Below are positions 1 to 10,511 of a stretch of 64,000 bases of DNA, piece after piece. The translations under genes were made by a program, and so were the position numbers. Source of the stretch: Halobacteriales archaeon (GTDB taxonomy: Archaea > Halobacteriota > Halobacteria > Halobacteriales > SKSH01); assembly GCA_046543335.1 (NCBI GenBank), contig JBKGZP010000004.1:5620-69619 (forward strand). Reading direction: 5' to 3'. The notes beneath the pieces were generated by a model. It worked only from the letters and a program-made list of their open reading frames with translations. It searched no databases and had not been told where the DNA came from. Every line of letters begins with the position of its first letter. Within the stretch, counting starts at the first letter, position 1.

Positions 1-655
1 TCGCGAGCGCACCGGCCAGGCGGTCCCGGTCGCGAAGCAGATGGGCACCCGACGTGGCGAAGAAGAGCTTGAACGCGCTGGCGAGGCTGGTGAGCGCACC
101 GCTGGCGAAGCGGAAAGGACGCGACCGCCCGGGGTGTGTCCCAAGCTCTTGGGCGTAGAACGCGAAGCAGAGCACGGCCGCGAGCAGGGTCGCCGTCTGG
201 GCCCACTTGAAGTCGCGAAGCGCCGGCTGGAAGGCGAACAGCGTGGGCAGTGCGAGGAGACGTTCGCCGAGGCTGGGTCGGTAGCCAAGCGCGCGCACGA
301 CGGCATCGAGACCGACCCAAAGGAGCACGAGCGAGGTTGCGCCGAAGAGGGTGGCCCCGGTGTAGAAGTCGAAGGTGGTGAACGGATAGTACGCCAGTAG
401 CGCGACCGGTGGGTAGAGGAAGCTCCCGTGGAAGCCGCCGACGTCGTCGCGCTCGTAGATGACCTCGCCAGCCTCCCACCGGTCGACGGCCTGGACGTAG
501 GCGCCGAAGTCGTTGAAGCCGAACGGTGTCACCAGGTCGTGCTGGCGAAGCCAGAAGTCCACCGGCAGCCAGCAAAGGAGGAGGGCGACCGTCGCCGCGG
601 TCACCAGGGCGAAGCCTGGGTGGCGCCCGACGACGTGGCGGTACCGGGTGACCAT
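1..655 (-). CDS. Glycosyltransferase family 87 (DUF2029)-like membrane protein, 3' end beyond the window edge
   Basis: Manual translation from ATG at 655 (absent from the ORF track): MVTRYRHVVG...FNDFGAYVQAVDRW...GSFLYPPVALL...DFKWAQT...AFKLF. The DF..Y, F-x-YPP and late Lys motifs plus multiple TM segments fit GT87. Confidence 0.7.
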   Translation of the reverse strand, partial: MVTRYRHVVGRHPGFALVTAATVALLLCWLPVDFWLRQHDLVTPFGFNDFGAYVQAVDRWEAGEVIYERDDVGGFHGSFLYPPVALLAYYPFTTFDFYTGATLFGATSLVLLWVGLDAVVRALGYRPSLGERLLALPTLFAFQPALRDFKWAQTATLLAAVLCFAFYAQELGTHPGRSRPFRFASGALTSLASAFKLFFATSGAHLLRDRDRLAGALA

Positions 656-779
656 GTCACGGGCTCACCCCAGGTCGGTAAAGTCGGTATCGAACCGACG
701 CCGCGGCCACCGGTTGCCCCCGCCCGCACGGGCGCGGCTGGTGCCCCCGAGTCCCTCCGGTACGGCTCGCGACCGTCGG

Positions 780-2056
780 TCCTCCACCATGTCGCCGCCG
801 GTGACCCCGAACCGGGCGCCCCGGCGTCGCTGTCGGTGACGCACACCGACCAGCCGTGGGCCTTCGCGATCCGCTCGACGACGCGCAGGCCGAAGCCGGT
901 CCCCGTGGCCGACGTCGAGAAGCCGGCGTCGAAGATGCGGTCACGGTCGTCCGGCTGGACGCCCGGACCGTCGTCGGCGACGCAGAACCCGTCGTCGAGG
1001 TCGGCGACGGTGACCGTCGCGTCGTCGCCGTGCTCGTCGGCATTCCGGACGAGGTTCTCGAGCAGGCGGCGGAGGTGGCCTCGGTCGGCGAGGACCGAGT
1101 GGCTGGTGCGGCTGTCGATGGTCGCCGATCCGGTCCGGACGCGCCGCCAGCACTCGCCGAATAGGTCCGCCAAGTCAACCGGTCGCTCGACTGGACGTCG
1201 TGACCGTATCGAGCCGGGTGCGACAGGTCGTCGATCAGTCGTTCCATCCGGTGTTGGCTCCGCACGGCAGCGTCCAGGTGCGCGCAATCGCCGGTCTCGA
1301 TGGCGAGTCCGGTCCGACCGATACCGACGTTGAGCGGATTCCGGAGGTCGTGCGACACCACGCTGGCGAACACCCCGTTCGCGGTCCTGGCGATGCGGTG
1401 GTCCTCCGTGAAGGTCGATTCGCCGGCGCGTAGCCCGGTGGTCAGACCGTGCCAGTACCCCTCCGCCTCCACGGTGGGCAAGACCTCTCCCTCGATGTGG
1501 GCCTCGTCGTCGCGGTACAGCTCCCGCCACGACGATCCGCGCGACGTCTCCGGATCGATCCGTACCGCTCCGCGTACGTTTCGTTCACGATGGTGAACCT
1601 GCCAGACGGATCGAGCAGGCTGATGCCCTCGATGGCGGTCTCGAGCGCCTCGCGTGGGCGCTGGTTCTGCGCTCGCGTCCGGGTGCTCTCAACCGCCTCG
1701 TGGACGCGGGACCCCAGGCTGCGAAACGGTTCCGATCCGCCGTGCTTGCGGGGCTAATCGGTGACCCTCGCGTGGATCGCGTCGCTCGCGACCTCCTCCG
1801 ATTCCCGCCGGCGAGGGGGATGAACGGCAGGTTCGACTCCACGCCACGTACGGACTCGAGAACTCGACGACGTTCACACCCGGCATCTCGTAGTCCGAGA
1901 CGATGCAGTCGATCGACCTCCCCGGAGGTAGTCGTGCCCCTCGGCGACCGAGGTGGCCGTCTCGACCTCGATCGGGGCGGCGTCGAGGTAGCGCCCGGCG
2001 AGGCCGGCGACGTCCGGGTCGTCGTCGACGTGCACCACCCGGGTCGGGTCAACCAT
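780..2056 (-). pseudogene. Degraded REC-PAS-histidine kinase pseudogene
   Basis: Fragments lie in different frames: MVDPTRVVHVDDDPD (REC), DCIVSDYEMP, VSHDLRNPL (H-box), RLLENLVRNA / DDGPG / GTGFGL (HATPase). There is a TAG at 1756-1754 where paralogs read VTDY, and several frameshifts. Confidence 0.85.
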
Positions 2057-2105
2057 GGGTCAGCCACGGTGGGGGGTTTTAATGTCCTTCAGTTGGGGGG
2101 AGGGG

Positions 2106-4370
2106 TCACCCCTCGACGTCGACGTCCGTGATCTCGAACCTTGCCCCGCCGTCGGCACTCTCCGTCACCTCGATCGTCCAGTTGTGCGCGGAGACGATCT
2201 CCTCGACGATGGCCAGCCCGAAGCCCGAGCCCTTGCTCGCGGCGCCCATGCCCGGGTCGAAGACGGTCTCTCGCTCCTCGGGGGGGATGCCCACGCCGTC
2301 GTCCTCGAGGTAGAAGCCATCGCCATCGATCCGTCCGATGCGGATCGTGACGTTCGCACCGCCGTGCTCGACCGCGTTTCGCAGCATGTTCTCGAAGACC
2401 TGCCGGAGGCGTTCGCGGTCGGCGTGGATGATGAAGCGGTCGACGAGCTCGAGTTCGGCCTCGGCGGTCGAGACGACGTTCCAGCACTGGCTGGCCAGTT
2501 CCTCGATATCGATCGGCTCCGTCTCGGCGACCGTCTTGCCCTGGCGAGCGAGCGTCAGGGTGTCCTCGATGAGCACCTCGATGCGGTCGAGTGCGCCGGC
2601 GACGTGGTCGAGCTCCTCGGTCTCGCACTCGGCTCGGGCCAGCTCGAGGCGGCCTGAGGCCACGTTCAGTGGGTTGCGGACGTCGTGGGAGATGATGCTC
2701 GCGAAGCGATCCAAACGCTCGTTCTGGCGCTCGAGCTCGCGGGTTCGCTCGCGCAGCTCGAGACGCTCCTGCAACTGGGAGAGCTTGACGCTGGCGTGCT
2801 CGACGAGCAACTCGGCGAACTCGCGGTCCTGGTCGCCGAAGGCCCCGACCTCGCTCGCGACGGTCTGGAACGTTCCGAACCGGCCGATCGGGACCGTCAG
2901 CGCGGAGCGGTACTCGGGATCGGCGGGCGTGACGTCCGACGCGGCGAGGTCGTCGACGACGATCGTCTCCTGGCGGTTGTACGCGCGCACGCCGAAGGTG
3001 TCATCGTCGTCGAGGGAGGTCCGCGGGAAGTATCCGGCGTCCTCCTTGTCGAGCTTCCACGCCTCCTGGATGAGGTAGCCGTCTCGTTGGACGTCGACGG
3101 CGACGAGGTCGAAGTCGAGGACGTCCTCTGCGGTGCGCACCAGCGTCTCGAGGACGGTCGCCGCGTCCTCGGCCTCGGCCACGTCGCGGGTGGCGCGCTG
3201 GAGGGCAGTCAGCGTGTTTTCGCGCTCGCGTTGCTCGGTGACGTCGTTGTAGACCGCGAACACGTCGGGGCCCTCCTCGAGGCCGATCGGGATGTTCCTG
3301 AGGTTGAAGACCCGACGGTCGCCTTCGATGCCGCGGACCACCTCGACGTCGATGACCTCCCCGCCGCTTATCTGCCGGTCGATGTCGCGGGCCTGTTCGA
3401 GGTCGGCCTCCGGGACGATCAGCTCGTTCACGGACTCGCCGAGGGCCGTCGAACGATCGATGCCGAAGCGCTCCTCGAAGGCGTCGTTGACCATCTCGAT
3501 GATCGGTTCGCCGTCGACGAAGGTGGCGGCGACGGTCGGCTCGGGGAAGTTCTTGAATAGCGAGGCGAAGCGCGAGCGCTCGTGTTCGAGCTCTCGCTCC
3601 CGGCGTTTCCGCCGCGTGACGTCCCGGGTGACCCCCGCGATGCGCACGACGCCACCGTCGTCGTCGAGGATCGGTTCCGCGCGAGACCACATCCACCCCT
3701 CACCGTCCGGGCCGTCGATGCGGTACTCGAGCTGGGCGGATTCGCCGCTGGTCGTTCGCTCGACCGCCTCGCGAACGCGGTCCCGGTCCGCCGCGTGGAC
3801 CGACTCGATGAACACCCGCGCGTCCTCGAGGAGGCGGTCCGTCGACAGACCCCACAGGTCCTCGAAGGCAGAGTTGACGAACAGGCACGTCTCCCAGTCC
3901 GAGTCGAAGATGTAGAGGACGTCGTCCGTGGCCTCGGCGAGCTCGCGAAGCCGCCGCTGCGTCTCGTCCGCCCGTCGCAGCGACCGGTACTTCGTGACGG
4001 CGTGGTCGATCCGGTTGGCCAGCAGGGCGAACTGCTCTCGGCCACGTCGCTTCTGGAGGTAGTCCGTGACCCCGGCGGAGATGGCCTCGCTGGCGATCTC
4101 CTCCGATCCGGTCCCCGTGAAGAGGATGAACGGCAGGTCATCGTCCGCCTCGCGGACCCACTCGAGCAGGTCGATGCCGTTCTGGTCGGACATCTCGTAG
4201 TCGCAGACGATGCAGTCGACGTCGGCCTCCCTGAGGTGCTCCCTGGCGTCGGCGACGGTCGTCTCGACCTCGACCTCGAAGTGATCGTGCTCCGCCTGTA
4301 GGAAGTCGGTGGTGATCTCGATGAACCCGGGGTCGTCGTCCACGTGCAAGACCCGGATCGGGGAGGTCAT
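2106..4370 (-). CDS. Hybrid sensor histidine kinase (REC-PAS-PAS-GAF-HisKA-HATPase)
   Basis: VLHVDDD...DCIVCDYEM receiver domain; SHDVRNPL H-box; FENMLRNA, EDDGVG and GFGL boxes. Confidence 0.93.
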   Translation of the reverse strand: MTSPIRVLHVDDDPGFIEITTDFLQAEHDHFEVEVETTVADAREHLREADVDCIVCDYEMSDQNGIDLLEWVREADDDLPFILFTGTGSEEIASEAISAGVTDYLQKRRGREQFALLANRIDHAVTKYRSLRRADETQRRLRELAEATDDVLYIFDSDWETCLFVNSAFEDLWGLSTDRLLEDARVFIESVHAADRDRVREAVERTTSGESAQLEYRIDGPDGEGWMWSRAEPILDDDGGVVRIAGVTRDVTRRKRRERELEHERSRFASLFKNFPEPTVAATFVDGEPIIEMVNDAFEERFGIDRSTALGESVNELIVPEADLEQARDIDRQISGGEVIDVEVVRGIEGDRRVFNLRNIPIGLEEGPDVFAVYNDVTEQRERENTLTALQRATRDVAEAEDAATVLETLVRTAEDVLDFDLVAVDVQRDGYLIQEAWKLDKEDAGYFPRTSLDDDDTFGVRAYNRQETIVVDDLAASDVTPADPEYRSALTVPIGRFGTFQTVASEVGAFGDQDREFAELLVEHASVKLSQLQERLELRERTRELERQNERLDRFASIISHDVRNPLNVASGRLELARAECETEELDHVAGALDRIEVLIEDTLTLARQGKTVAETEPIDIEELASQCWNVVSTAEAELELVDRFIIHADRERLRQVFENMLRNAVEHGGANVTIRIGRIDGDGFYLEDDGVGIPPEERETVFDPGMGAASKGSGFGLAIVEEIVSAHNWTIEVTESADGGARFEITDVDVEG

Positions 4371-4444
4371 GCTCGGCCAGAGGAATGCGAGGCCCGGTAA
4401 TGATTGTATGGGAAGGACAAACTCCGCGGTCGACCGGTGTCCGG

Positions 4445-4990
4445 TCAGTCCGGGGTCCGGTGCGACACGTCGACCTCCTCGACGCGATCGCCGTCCGTCA
4501 CGGTCAACTCGGCGCGGTAGGACACGCTACCGACGCATTGCACGCAGGTGGTGCCTGCCTCGCGGTCGGATCGCGACTCGACGGCGACCTCAATGCGACC
4601 GTCCACGACGTCCACGCTGGCCAGCACCGCCTCGTGACAGGGGTTCGGGGCGACGAAGCGGCCGGTGATCATCACGGTGTCATCCTCGACTCGCCAGTCG
4701 GCCCCGGCCCCATCCCCGGCCCCGTCCGCGCAGCTCGCCTCGGTCGTCGTGATGCTGGCCTCGTCGACGAGCGTCCCGGGGCTCGTCGGCGTTTCCGGCT
4801 CGTCATCGTCCGCGGGGTCCCGCGATGGCGTCGGCGATTCCGGCTCGGTGTCGTCCGACGGGTCCGGCGACGGCGTGGGTGTTGGCGTCGGCTCGTCGGG
4901 GGTCGGCCCCTGGCCGCCGATGGCGAGACAGCCAGCAAGCCCGCCTGCGCCGGCGCCTGCCAGTCCCACGAGGAACGCCCGTCGGTGCAT
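4445..4990 (-). CDS. Tat-exported lipoprotein, Pro/Thr/Asp linker plus Cys-containing domain
   Basis: Start moved to ATG 4990: MHRRAFL...GLAGC (twin-Arg + lipobox); PNPC and TCVQCV motifs. Confidence 0.8.
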   Translation of the reverse strand: MHRRAFLVGLAGAGAGGLAGCLAIGGQGPTPDEPTPTPTPSPDPSDDTEPESPTPSRDPADDDEPETPTSPGTLVDEASITTTEASCADGAGDGAGADWRVEDDTVMITGRFVAPNPCHEAVLASVDVVDGRIEVAVESRSDREAGTTCVQCVGSVSYRAELTVTDGDRVEEVDVSHRTPD

Positions 4991-5072
4991 GAGGTCGGCT
5001 ACCACCCGGGGGCGTAATACCCTTGTGTCCGACCAAAGCGTCCTTTCACCGAACGACGCCCTCGAGGTTCGC

Positions 5073-5885
5073 CTAGCGGACGGTGCCGTTGAACAGCTGC
5101 GCCTCGCAGTCCGGGCATTCGATGGCGACGCCAACGATTGTCGACCCGCAACAGGACTCGTGGACGCTCTCGACGTGCTCGAGCTCACTCTCGCATGCGG
5201 GGCACCGGTCGAGGAAGACCCGCAACCCCGCCAGCGACTGGGTCCGAAGCCGGGGGTCGAGGTCGTCCCAGGCGGGAAATCGATCGGCGAGCAGCGGCTC
5301 CAGCGCGAGGTCGGCCAGGAACGCGCCGTCTGAGGGCCACTCGCCGATGGTTTGGTCCTCCGAGCGCAAGACCACCCCGCCCTCGACCGCGTCGAGCTCG
5401 AACTCGTCCCGTTCGAGGTCGAGAATCTCGCCGAGGCGGCGCTCGGCGAGGTCTCGGTCCCCACGTAGGCGTTTGATCGACTGCCACCATGCCCGCTCGA
5501 ACTCCTCGACGAGGCACAGGTCGTCCTCCGACCGGCAAGGTTCGACGACCGACGCCTCGAGGAGAAGCTCGTCCACGTCGCGATCACTCCCCGGTGCGGG
5601 CGATATCTCGACGTCCACGGGTTCCTTGCCGAACAGCTGTAGGAACCATTCAGGGAGGTACGTCCGGGTGAGATGTGGCGTCCCCGGCACGAGGTAGCCA
5701 CGAAGGTAGATCGCACCAGCAAACAGCCCGAGGCTGACAACGCCGACGGGCAACCAGGCCAGGGCGATGATCCCCGCGAGCACGACCGCGATGACACCGT
5801 TGACGACCGTGCAGGGCATGCAGCGGTTCGCTCCGGTGTGTTCGGGCTTGCGCAGCCTGTCCACGGCCACCTCGACCACGCTCAT
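5073..5885 (-). CDS. Uncharacterised membrane-anchored Cys-rich (putative Zn-binding) protein
   Basis: Start at ATG 5885; NRCMPCTVVN, TM segments, YLRGYLVPGTP, C-terminal CPAC..SCC..CPDC; acidic composition. Confidence 0.75.
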   Translation of the reverse strand: MSVVEVAVDRLRKPEHTGANRCMPCTVVNGVIAVVLAGIIALAWLPVGVVSLGLFAGAIYLRGYLVPGTPHLTRTYLPEWFLQLFGKEPVDVEISPAPGSDRDVDELLLEASVVEPCRSEDDLCLVEEFERAWWQSIKRLRGDRDLAERRLGEILDLERDEFELDAVEGGVVLRSEDQTIGEWPSDGAFLADLALEPLLADRFPAWDDLDPRLRTQSLAGLRVFLDRCPACESELEHVESVHESCCGSTIVGVAIECPDCEAQLFNGTVR

Positions 5886-6000
5886 GGACTGCCATGGGCC
5901 TCGATCCGTTATCAATTCGCCGCCCAGAGGCGCATCCTGATACGAACCCGGGAAGTTATTAGGCACCCGGTCCGTTACCGGTGGTAGTAGCGCATAGAGC

Positions 6001-8280
6001 ATGGGAGGGATTGACGGGGGGACCGATCGATCCATCGCCGTTTTGCACGTCGAGCCCGACCACGACTTCGCGTCGATGGCGGCCAACCTCCTCGAGCGCG
6101 AGGGGCGCGCCATCGCCGTGACCCCCGTCGCCTCGGCCGACGAGGCCTTCGACCACCTCGAACGCTCCGAGGTCGACTGCATCGTCAGCGACTACGACAT
6201 GCCGGGAACGGACGGGCTGACGTTCCTCTCCCGCGTCCGTGAGCGCAACCCGGACCTCCCGTTCGTCCTGTTCACCGGTATGGGGTCGGAGGAGATTGCA
6301 GCGGAGGCCATCTCCGCCGGGGTCACAGACTACCTTGAAAAGGGCGGTGGCCCCGACCAGTTCGCAATCCTGGCGAACCAGATTACCAACGCCGTCGAGA
6401 CCTACCGATCCCAGCGGTCGCTGCGGGAGAGTGAGCGCCGGCTGTCGCTGTTCGTGGACCAGTCTCCGCTGGGGGTGATCGAGTGGGACGAGACGTTCGG
6501 ATTCCGGTCGATGAATCCCGCGGCCGAGCGAATCCTCGGCTTCGACGAGGCCACCCTACGGGAGGCCGGTTGGGAGGTCATCGTCCCGCCTGCGGAGCGC
6601 CCCCGCGTTGAATCGGTCGCGGAGCAACTGCTCGCGGACCGTGGTGGCTACCACCTGGTGAACGAGAACGTCACCGCCGACGGCGATCGGATCGTCTGCG
6701 AGTGGCACAACCGGGTGGTAACCGACGGGGACGGGCGAGTGCTGTCGATCTTCTCCCTCTTTCAGGACATCACCGAGCGCGTCGAGCGCGAGCGGACCGT
6801 CGCCCTCGAGCGCGACCGACTGCAGTCGCTCATCGAGACCATCCCGGAGCCCGTCGCCCGGACCCGGTTCGAGGGCGGCGAACCGATCATCGAGGCGATC
6901 AACCCCGCCTATGAACGGGTCTTCGGCGTTGACGCCGACGGAGCCATCGGTCGATCGAACAACGAGATCGTCGTTCCCGCGGATCGACGCGGTGAGGCCG
7001 CTACGATCGACCGGCGGACGCGGGAGGGAGAGGTCGTCATCGAGGAGGTGCAACGTCGAGCGACCGACGGCCTGCGGGACTTCCTGATGCGGGTTGTCCC
7101 GGTCGGCCAGTCGGACGGGCCGATCGAGGAAGCGTTCGTCACGTACGTGGACTTCACCGACCGGAAGCGTCGCGAGCAGGCGCTCGAGGCCATGCACGCC
7201 GTCGCCTCGTCGATCCAGCACGCCGCATCGGTCGAGATGGTGTGCGAGGAGACCGTCCAGGCCGCCGAAGAGATTCTCGACTTGCACATGTGTAGCGTGA
7301 TCCTCCGGGATGGTGACCACCTCGAGCCCGTCGCCCTCTCGTCGAGCGCACCATCGGGTGGCGCGAAGCGCGTCGACCTCGACGAGGGTGTCGTCGGGCG
7401 CACGCTCCGACGCGGGGAGTCTGAGCTCGTCCCGAACATCGAGTCCGACGCCGAAGCGTCCCCCGCAGTCGACACCTACCGCTCCGGTCTCAGCATTCCA
7501 ATCGGTGACCGTGGCGTGTTCCAGGCCGTCAGCACCGAGGCCGAGGGATTCGACGAGAGTGACCTCGGTCTGGCCGAGTTGCTGATCGCCCACACCACCA
7601 CCGCATTGGACCGCCTCGATCGCGAGCGGGAGCTGGAGCGCCAGAACGAGCGCCTCGACCGATTCGCCAGGATCGTCTCACACGACCTCCGAAGCCCCCT
7701 CGCCGTCGCCGACGGCCACCTCGAGCTCCTCTCCGAGCACTGCGAGGACGAACACCTCGACGGCGTCCGACGGGCGCACGACCGGATGGAGGCGCTGCTC
7801 GAGGACACCCTGGCGCTCGCTCGCCAGGGGCGGACGGTGGCCGAAACGGAACCCATCGACCTCGCCGAGATCGTCGAGTCGTGTCGCGACGTCGTCGAGC
7901 AGGGCGACGGGAGCCTCGAGGTCGTGGGGTCGGCCACGATCGAGGCCGACAAACGTCGCCTCCGACAGATCCTCGAGAACCTCCTCTCGAACGCGGTAAC
8001 CCACGCTGGTGAGGGCGTCCGCGTCCGCGTGGGTCCGCTCGAGGAGGGCGGCTTCTTCGTCGTCGACGACGGGCCGGGCATCCCACGATCGATTCGTGAG
8101 CGGCTCTTCGAGCCGGGCGTGACGACGGCCGAGGACTCGACGGGTTTCGGACTGGCGATCGTGGCGGAGATCGCCGAGGCGCTCGGCTGGCGAGTCTCCG
8201 TCGAGGAGGGGTCGGCCGGCGGTGCGCGCTTCGAGTTCACCGACGTCGAGATCGTTCGAGACGGCGACCCCACCGGTTAA
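6001..8280 (+). CDS. Hybrid sensor histidine kinase (REC-PAS-PAS-GAF-HisKA-HATPase)
   Basis: DCIVSDYDMP receiver; PAS with CEWHN; SHDLRSPL; LENLLSNA, DDGPG, GFGL. Confidence 0.93.
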   Translation: MGGIDGGTDRSIAVLHVEPDHDFASMAANLLEREGRAIAVTPVASADEAFDHLERSEVDCIVSDYDMPGTDGLTFLSRVRERNPDLPFVLFTGMGSEEIAAEAISAGVTDYLEKGGGPDQFAILANQITNAVETYRSQRSLRESERRLSLFVDQSPLGVIEWDETFGFRSMNPAAERILGFDEATLREAGWEVIVPPAERPRVESVAEQLLADRGGYHLVNENVTADGDRIVCEWHNRVVTDGDGRVLSIFSLFQDITERVERERTVALERDRLQSLIETIPEPVARTRFEGGEPIIEAINPAYERVFGVDADGAIGRSNNEIVVPADRRGEAATIDRRTREGEVVIEEVQRRATDGLRDFLMRVVPVGQSDGPIEEAFVTYVDFTDRKRREQALEAMHAVASSIQHAASVEMVCEETVQAAEEILDLHMCSVILRDGDHLEPVALSSSAPSGGAKRVDLDEGVVGRTLRRGESELVPNIESDAEASPAVDTYRSGLSIPIGDRGVFQAVSTEAEGFDESDLGLAELLIAHTTTALDRLDRERELERQNERLDRFARIVSHDLRSPLAVADGHLELLSEHCEDEHLDGVRRAHDRMEALLEDTLALARQGRTVAETEPIDLAEIVESCRDVVEQGDGSLEVVGSATIEADKRRLRQILENLLSNAVTHAGEGVRVRVGPLEEGGFFVVDDGPGIPRSIRERLFEPGVTTAEDSTGFGLAIVAEIAEALGWRVSVEEGSAGGARFEFTDVEIVRDGDPTG

Positions 8281-8306
8281 AGCTCGCGGCGGTCCTTCCC
8301 GGTGCC

Positions 8307-9029
8307 ATGGCCGCGATCGAGCTGCGCGACGTCCACAAGCGCTACGGGTCGGTCGTCGCGCTCGACGGGCTCTCCCTGTCTGTCGACGAGGGCGCCCTCT
8401 TCGGCGTCCTCGGTCCAAACGGCGCGGGGAAGACGACCATGCTCGAGGTACTGACCGGCCAGGTCACACCGGAGGCGGGGCGAGCGACCGTCCTGGGTGT
8501 CGATCCCGTGGCCGATCCGGTTGGGGTCCGCACGCGCGTCGGTATCCTTCCAGAGCGGGAGTCGCCACCGAGCTTTCTCACCCCACGGGAGTACTTCGCC
8601 TTCGTCGGTACGGTGCGAGGCCTCTCGATGGCGACCGTCGATGATGCCGTCGAGGCGATGGCCGACCGCTTCGACTTCGCGGGCGTATTGGACACGCTCT
8701 CGACGGACCTATCGCGGGGGCAGCAACAGAAGGTGATGCTCGCGGCGGCCTTCTTGCACGACCCGGCCGCGGTGCTGATCGACGAACCGCTGACCAACCT
8801 CGACCCGCTGGTGCAAGAGCGAGTCAAGGCGCTCTTGCGAGAGCGACACGACGAAGGGACGACGATCGTCCTCTCGACGCACAACGTCGAAGTGGCCGCC
8901 GACCTCTGCTCTCACGTCGCGATCGTCAACGACGGCCGGTTGCTCGCGGAGGTTCGACCGGCCGACCTCGGTGACCGGTCCCTGCTCGAGGTGTACATCG
9001 ACCGCGTATCTGGGGGTCACGGCTCGTGA
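8307..9029 (+). CDS. ABC-2 type transporter ATP-binding protein
   Basis: Walker A GPNGAGKTT, signature LSRGQ, Walker B VLIDEP, H-loop LSTH. Confidence 0.93.
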   Translation: MAAIELRDVHKRYGSVVALDGLSLSVDEGALFGVLGPNGAGKTTMLEVLTGQVTPEAGRATVLGVDPVADPVGVRTRVGILPERESPPSFLTPREYFAFVGTVRGLSMATVDDAVEAMADRFDFAGVLDTLSTDLSRGQQQKVMLAAAFLHDPAAVLIDEPLTNLDPLVQERVKALLRERHDEGTTIVLSTHNVEVAADLCSHVAIVNDGRLLAEVRPADLGDRSLLEVYIDRVSGGHGS

Positions 9030-10480
9030 CCGCGTCCCCGTTGCGAGCGGCGTTCGTCGCCATGGCCCGCGAGGAGTGGCGCCTGCACGGCCGCCTGTTC
9101 GGCGGTCGCCGCTTCGGTGCCTTTCCCGCGTTCGTGTTCGCGACCGTCGCTGGCGGGGTCGCCCTCTTGACGGTGGTGGACGTCCGACTCGAGGAGGTCG
9201 TCGTCGGCGCGCATCTCCTCGTGTTCCTCTTCGGACTCCACACCGGGTCAATCGGTTTCGTCGGGCGCGACGCCCTCCGGAATCTGTTCGGTGATGTTAC
9301 GTTCGTCGTCTTCGCCGCTCGCACCCTGCCGGTTCGCCGGGGTACCCTCCTCCTCGTCTTCCTGGCGAAGGACGTCGCCTACTACGGGGCGTTGTTCCTC
9401 GTCCCGATGGCCGTCGGGATCGCCCCCGCGCTGGTAGCGGCCGAGTACGACCTCGTCGCCGGTGTCTGGTACGTCTGGTGGCTCTGGATTAGCCTCGGGG
9501 CGACGTTCCTCCTCGGCCTCGTCGTGACCCTCGTGGCCATCGGCCTGACCGCCCGGGGGCTCCGACGCCTCGGCGTGGCCGCCATCGTCGCCGTCGTGGC
9601 GGCCGCCGCCTGGTGGCTCGAGCTCGACCCGCTCGCCGTCACCCCGCTCGGAGTCTTCCTCGGCCCCGATCCCGGTCGCCTCGTGGGAACCGCCGTCCTC
9701 ATCATCGGCCTCGCCACCGCGGCGGCTATCACCTTCTCGCCGCTCCAGCGGAGCCGAACGCGCCGGCGCGCGCCGCGCGTGCGTCGATGGATGACCGTGG
9801 TCCGCGACCCGGTGGCCACGCGGACCCTCCTCGAGGTGCATCGCAGCGCAGGTGGCGTCTGGAAGCTCCTCGTCTCGGGGGCGATCCTCTTCGCCGTCGG
9901 CGTCGGGCTCCTCGCCTTTGCGTCGACCGTCACCGGCGTCGAGCCCGCCCGGGGGTCTGCCCTGGGGGCCATCCTCGGCCTCGCCGGATTCACGACCTAC
10001 AACTGGCTGACGCAGGGCGACGACGCGCGCGGCTACCTCGTGCAGCCCCTCTCGCTCGAGGACGTCATCCGGGGCAAGGCACGCGCGTTCGCCCTCGCCG
10101 CCCCGACGGTCGCGATGCCGTTCTATCTCGGCGGGTGGGCCTGGTACGGACTCGATCACGTGGATGGCGTCGTCGGGGTCGCCGTCATGCTCGGGGTGAC
10201 GTGGTACACGTTCGGCCTGACTGTCTTCCTGGCCGGCCTCTGGCCGAACGAGTTCCTGTACGACACGACGCTGTTCGCGGCGTTGTGGCTGGCGTTGGGG
10301 GCGGCGCTGGTCCCGGTCCTGGTGGTGTCGCTGGCGTTGTCACCCCTTCCCACGTGGCTCGCGGGAGCGCTGGTGACGGCGGCGCTCGGGCTCGCCGGCA
10401 TTGGGTCGGTGCTGGCACGAGCCGGGGCCCGCCGGTGGTCGAGGCGGTACCAGGCCACGGGGGCCCCGAGTGGGCGGTGA
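9026..10480 (+). CDS. ABC exporter permease-like polytopic membrane protein
   Basis: Many hydrophobic segments; GTGA overlap with the ATPase stop codon. Confidence 0.75.
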   Translation: MTASPLRAAFVAMAREEWRLHGRLFGGRRFGAFPAFVFATVAGGVALLTVVDVRLEEVVVGAHLLVFLFGLHTGSIGFVGRDALRNLFGDVTFVVFAARTLPVRRGTLLLVFLAKDVAYYGALFLVPMAVGIAPALVAAEYDLVAGVWYVWWLWISLGATFLLGLVVTLVAIGLTARGLRRLGVAAIVAVVAAAAWWLELDPLAVTPLGVFLGPDPGRLVGTAVLIIGLATAAAITFSPLQRSRTRRRAPRVRRWMTVVRDPVATRTLLEVHRSAGGVWKLLVSGAILFAVGVGLLAFASTVTGVEPARGSALGAILGLAGFTTYNWLTQGDDARGYLVQPLSLEDVIRGKARAFALAAPTVAMPFYLGGWAWYGLDHVDGVVGVAVMLGVTWYTFGLTVFLAGLWPNEFLYDTTLFAALWLALGAALVPVLVVSLALSPLPTWLAGALVTAALGLAGIGSVLARAGARRWSRRYQATGAPSGR

Positions 10481-10511
10481 GTCGGTCACCACCGTCCGAT
10501 CGCACCCGCTA

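Noticed and set aside
4790-4910. Pro/Thr/Asp quasi-repeats (PDPSDDTEPE / RDPADDDEPE) as a DNA repeat element
   Set aside because: An ordinary low-complexity lipoprotein linker.
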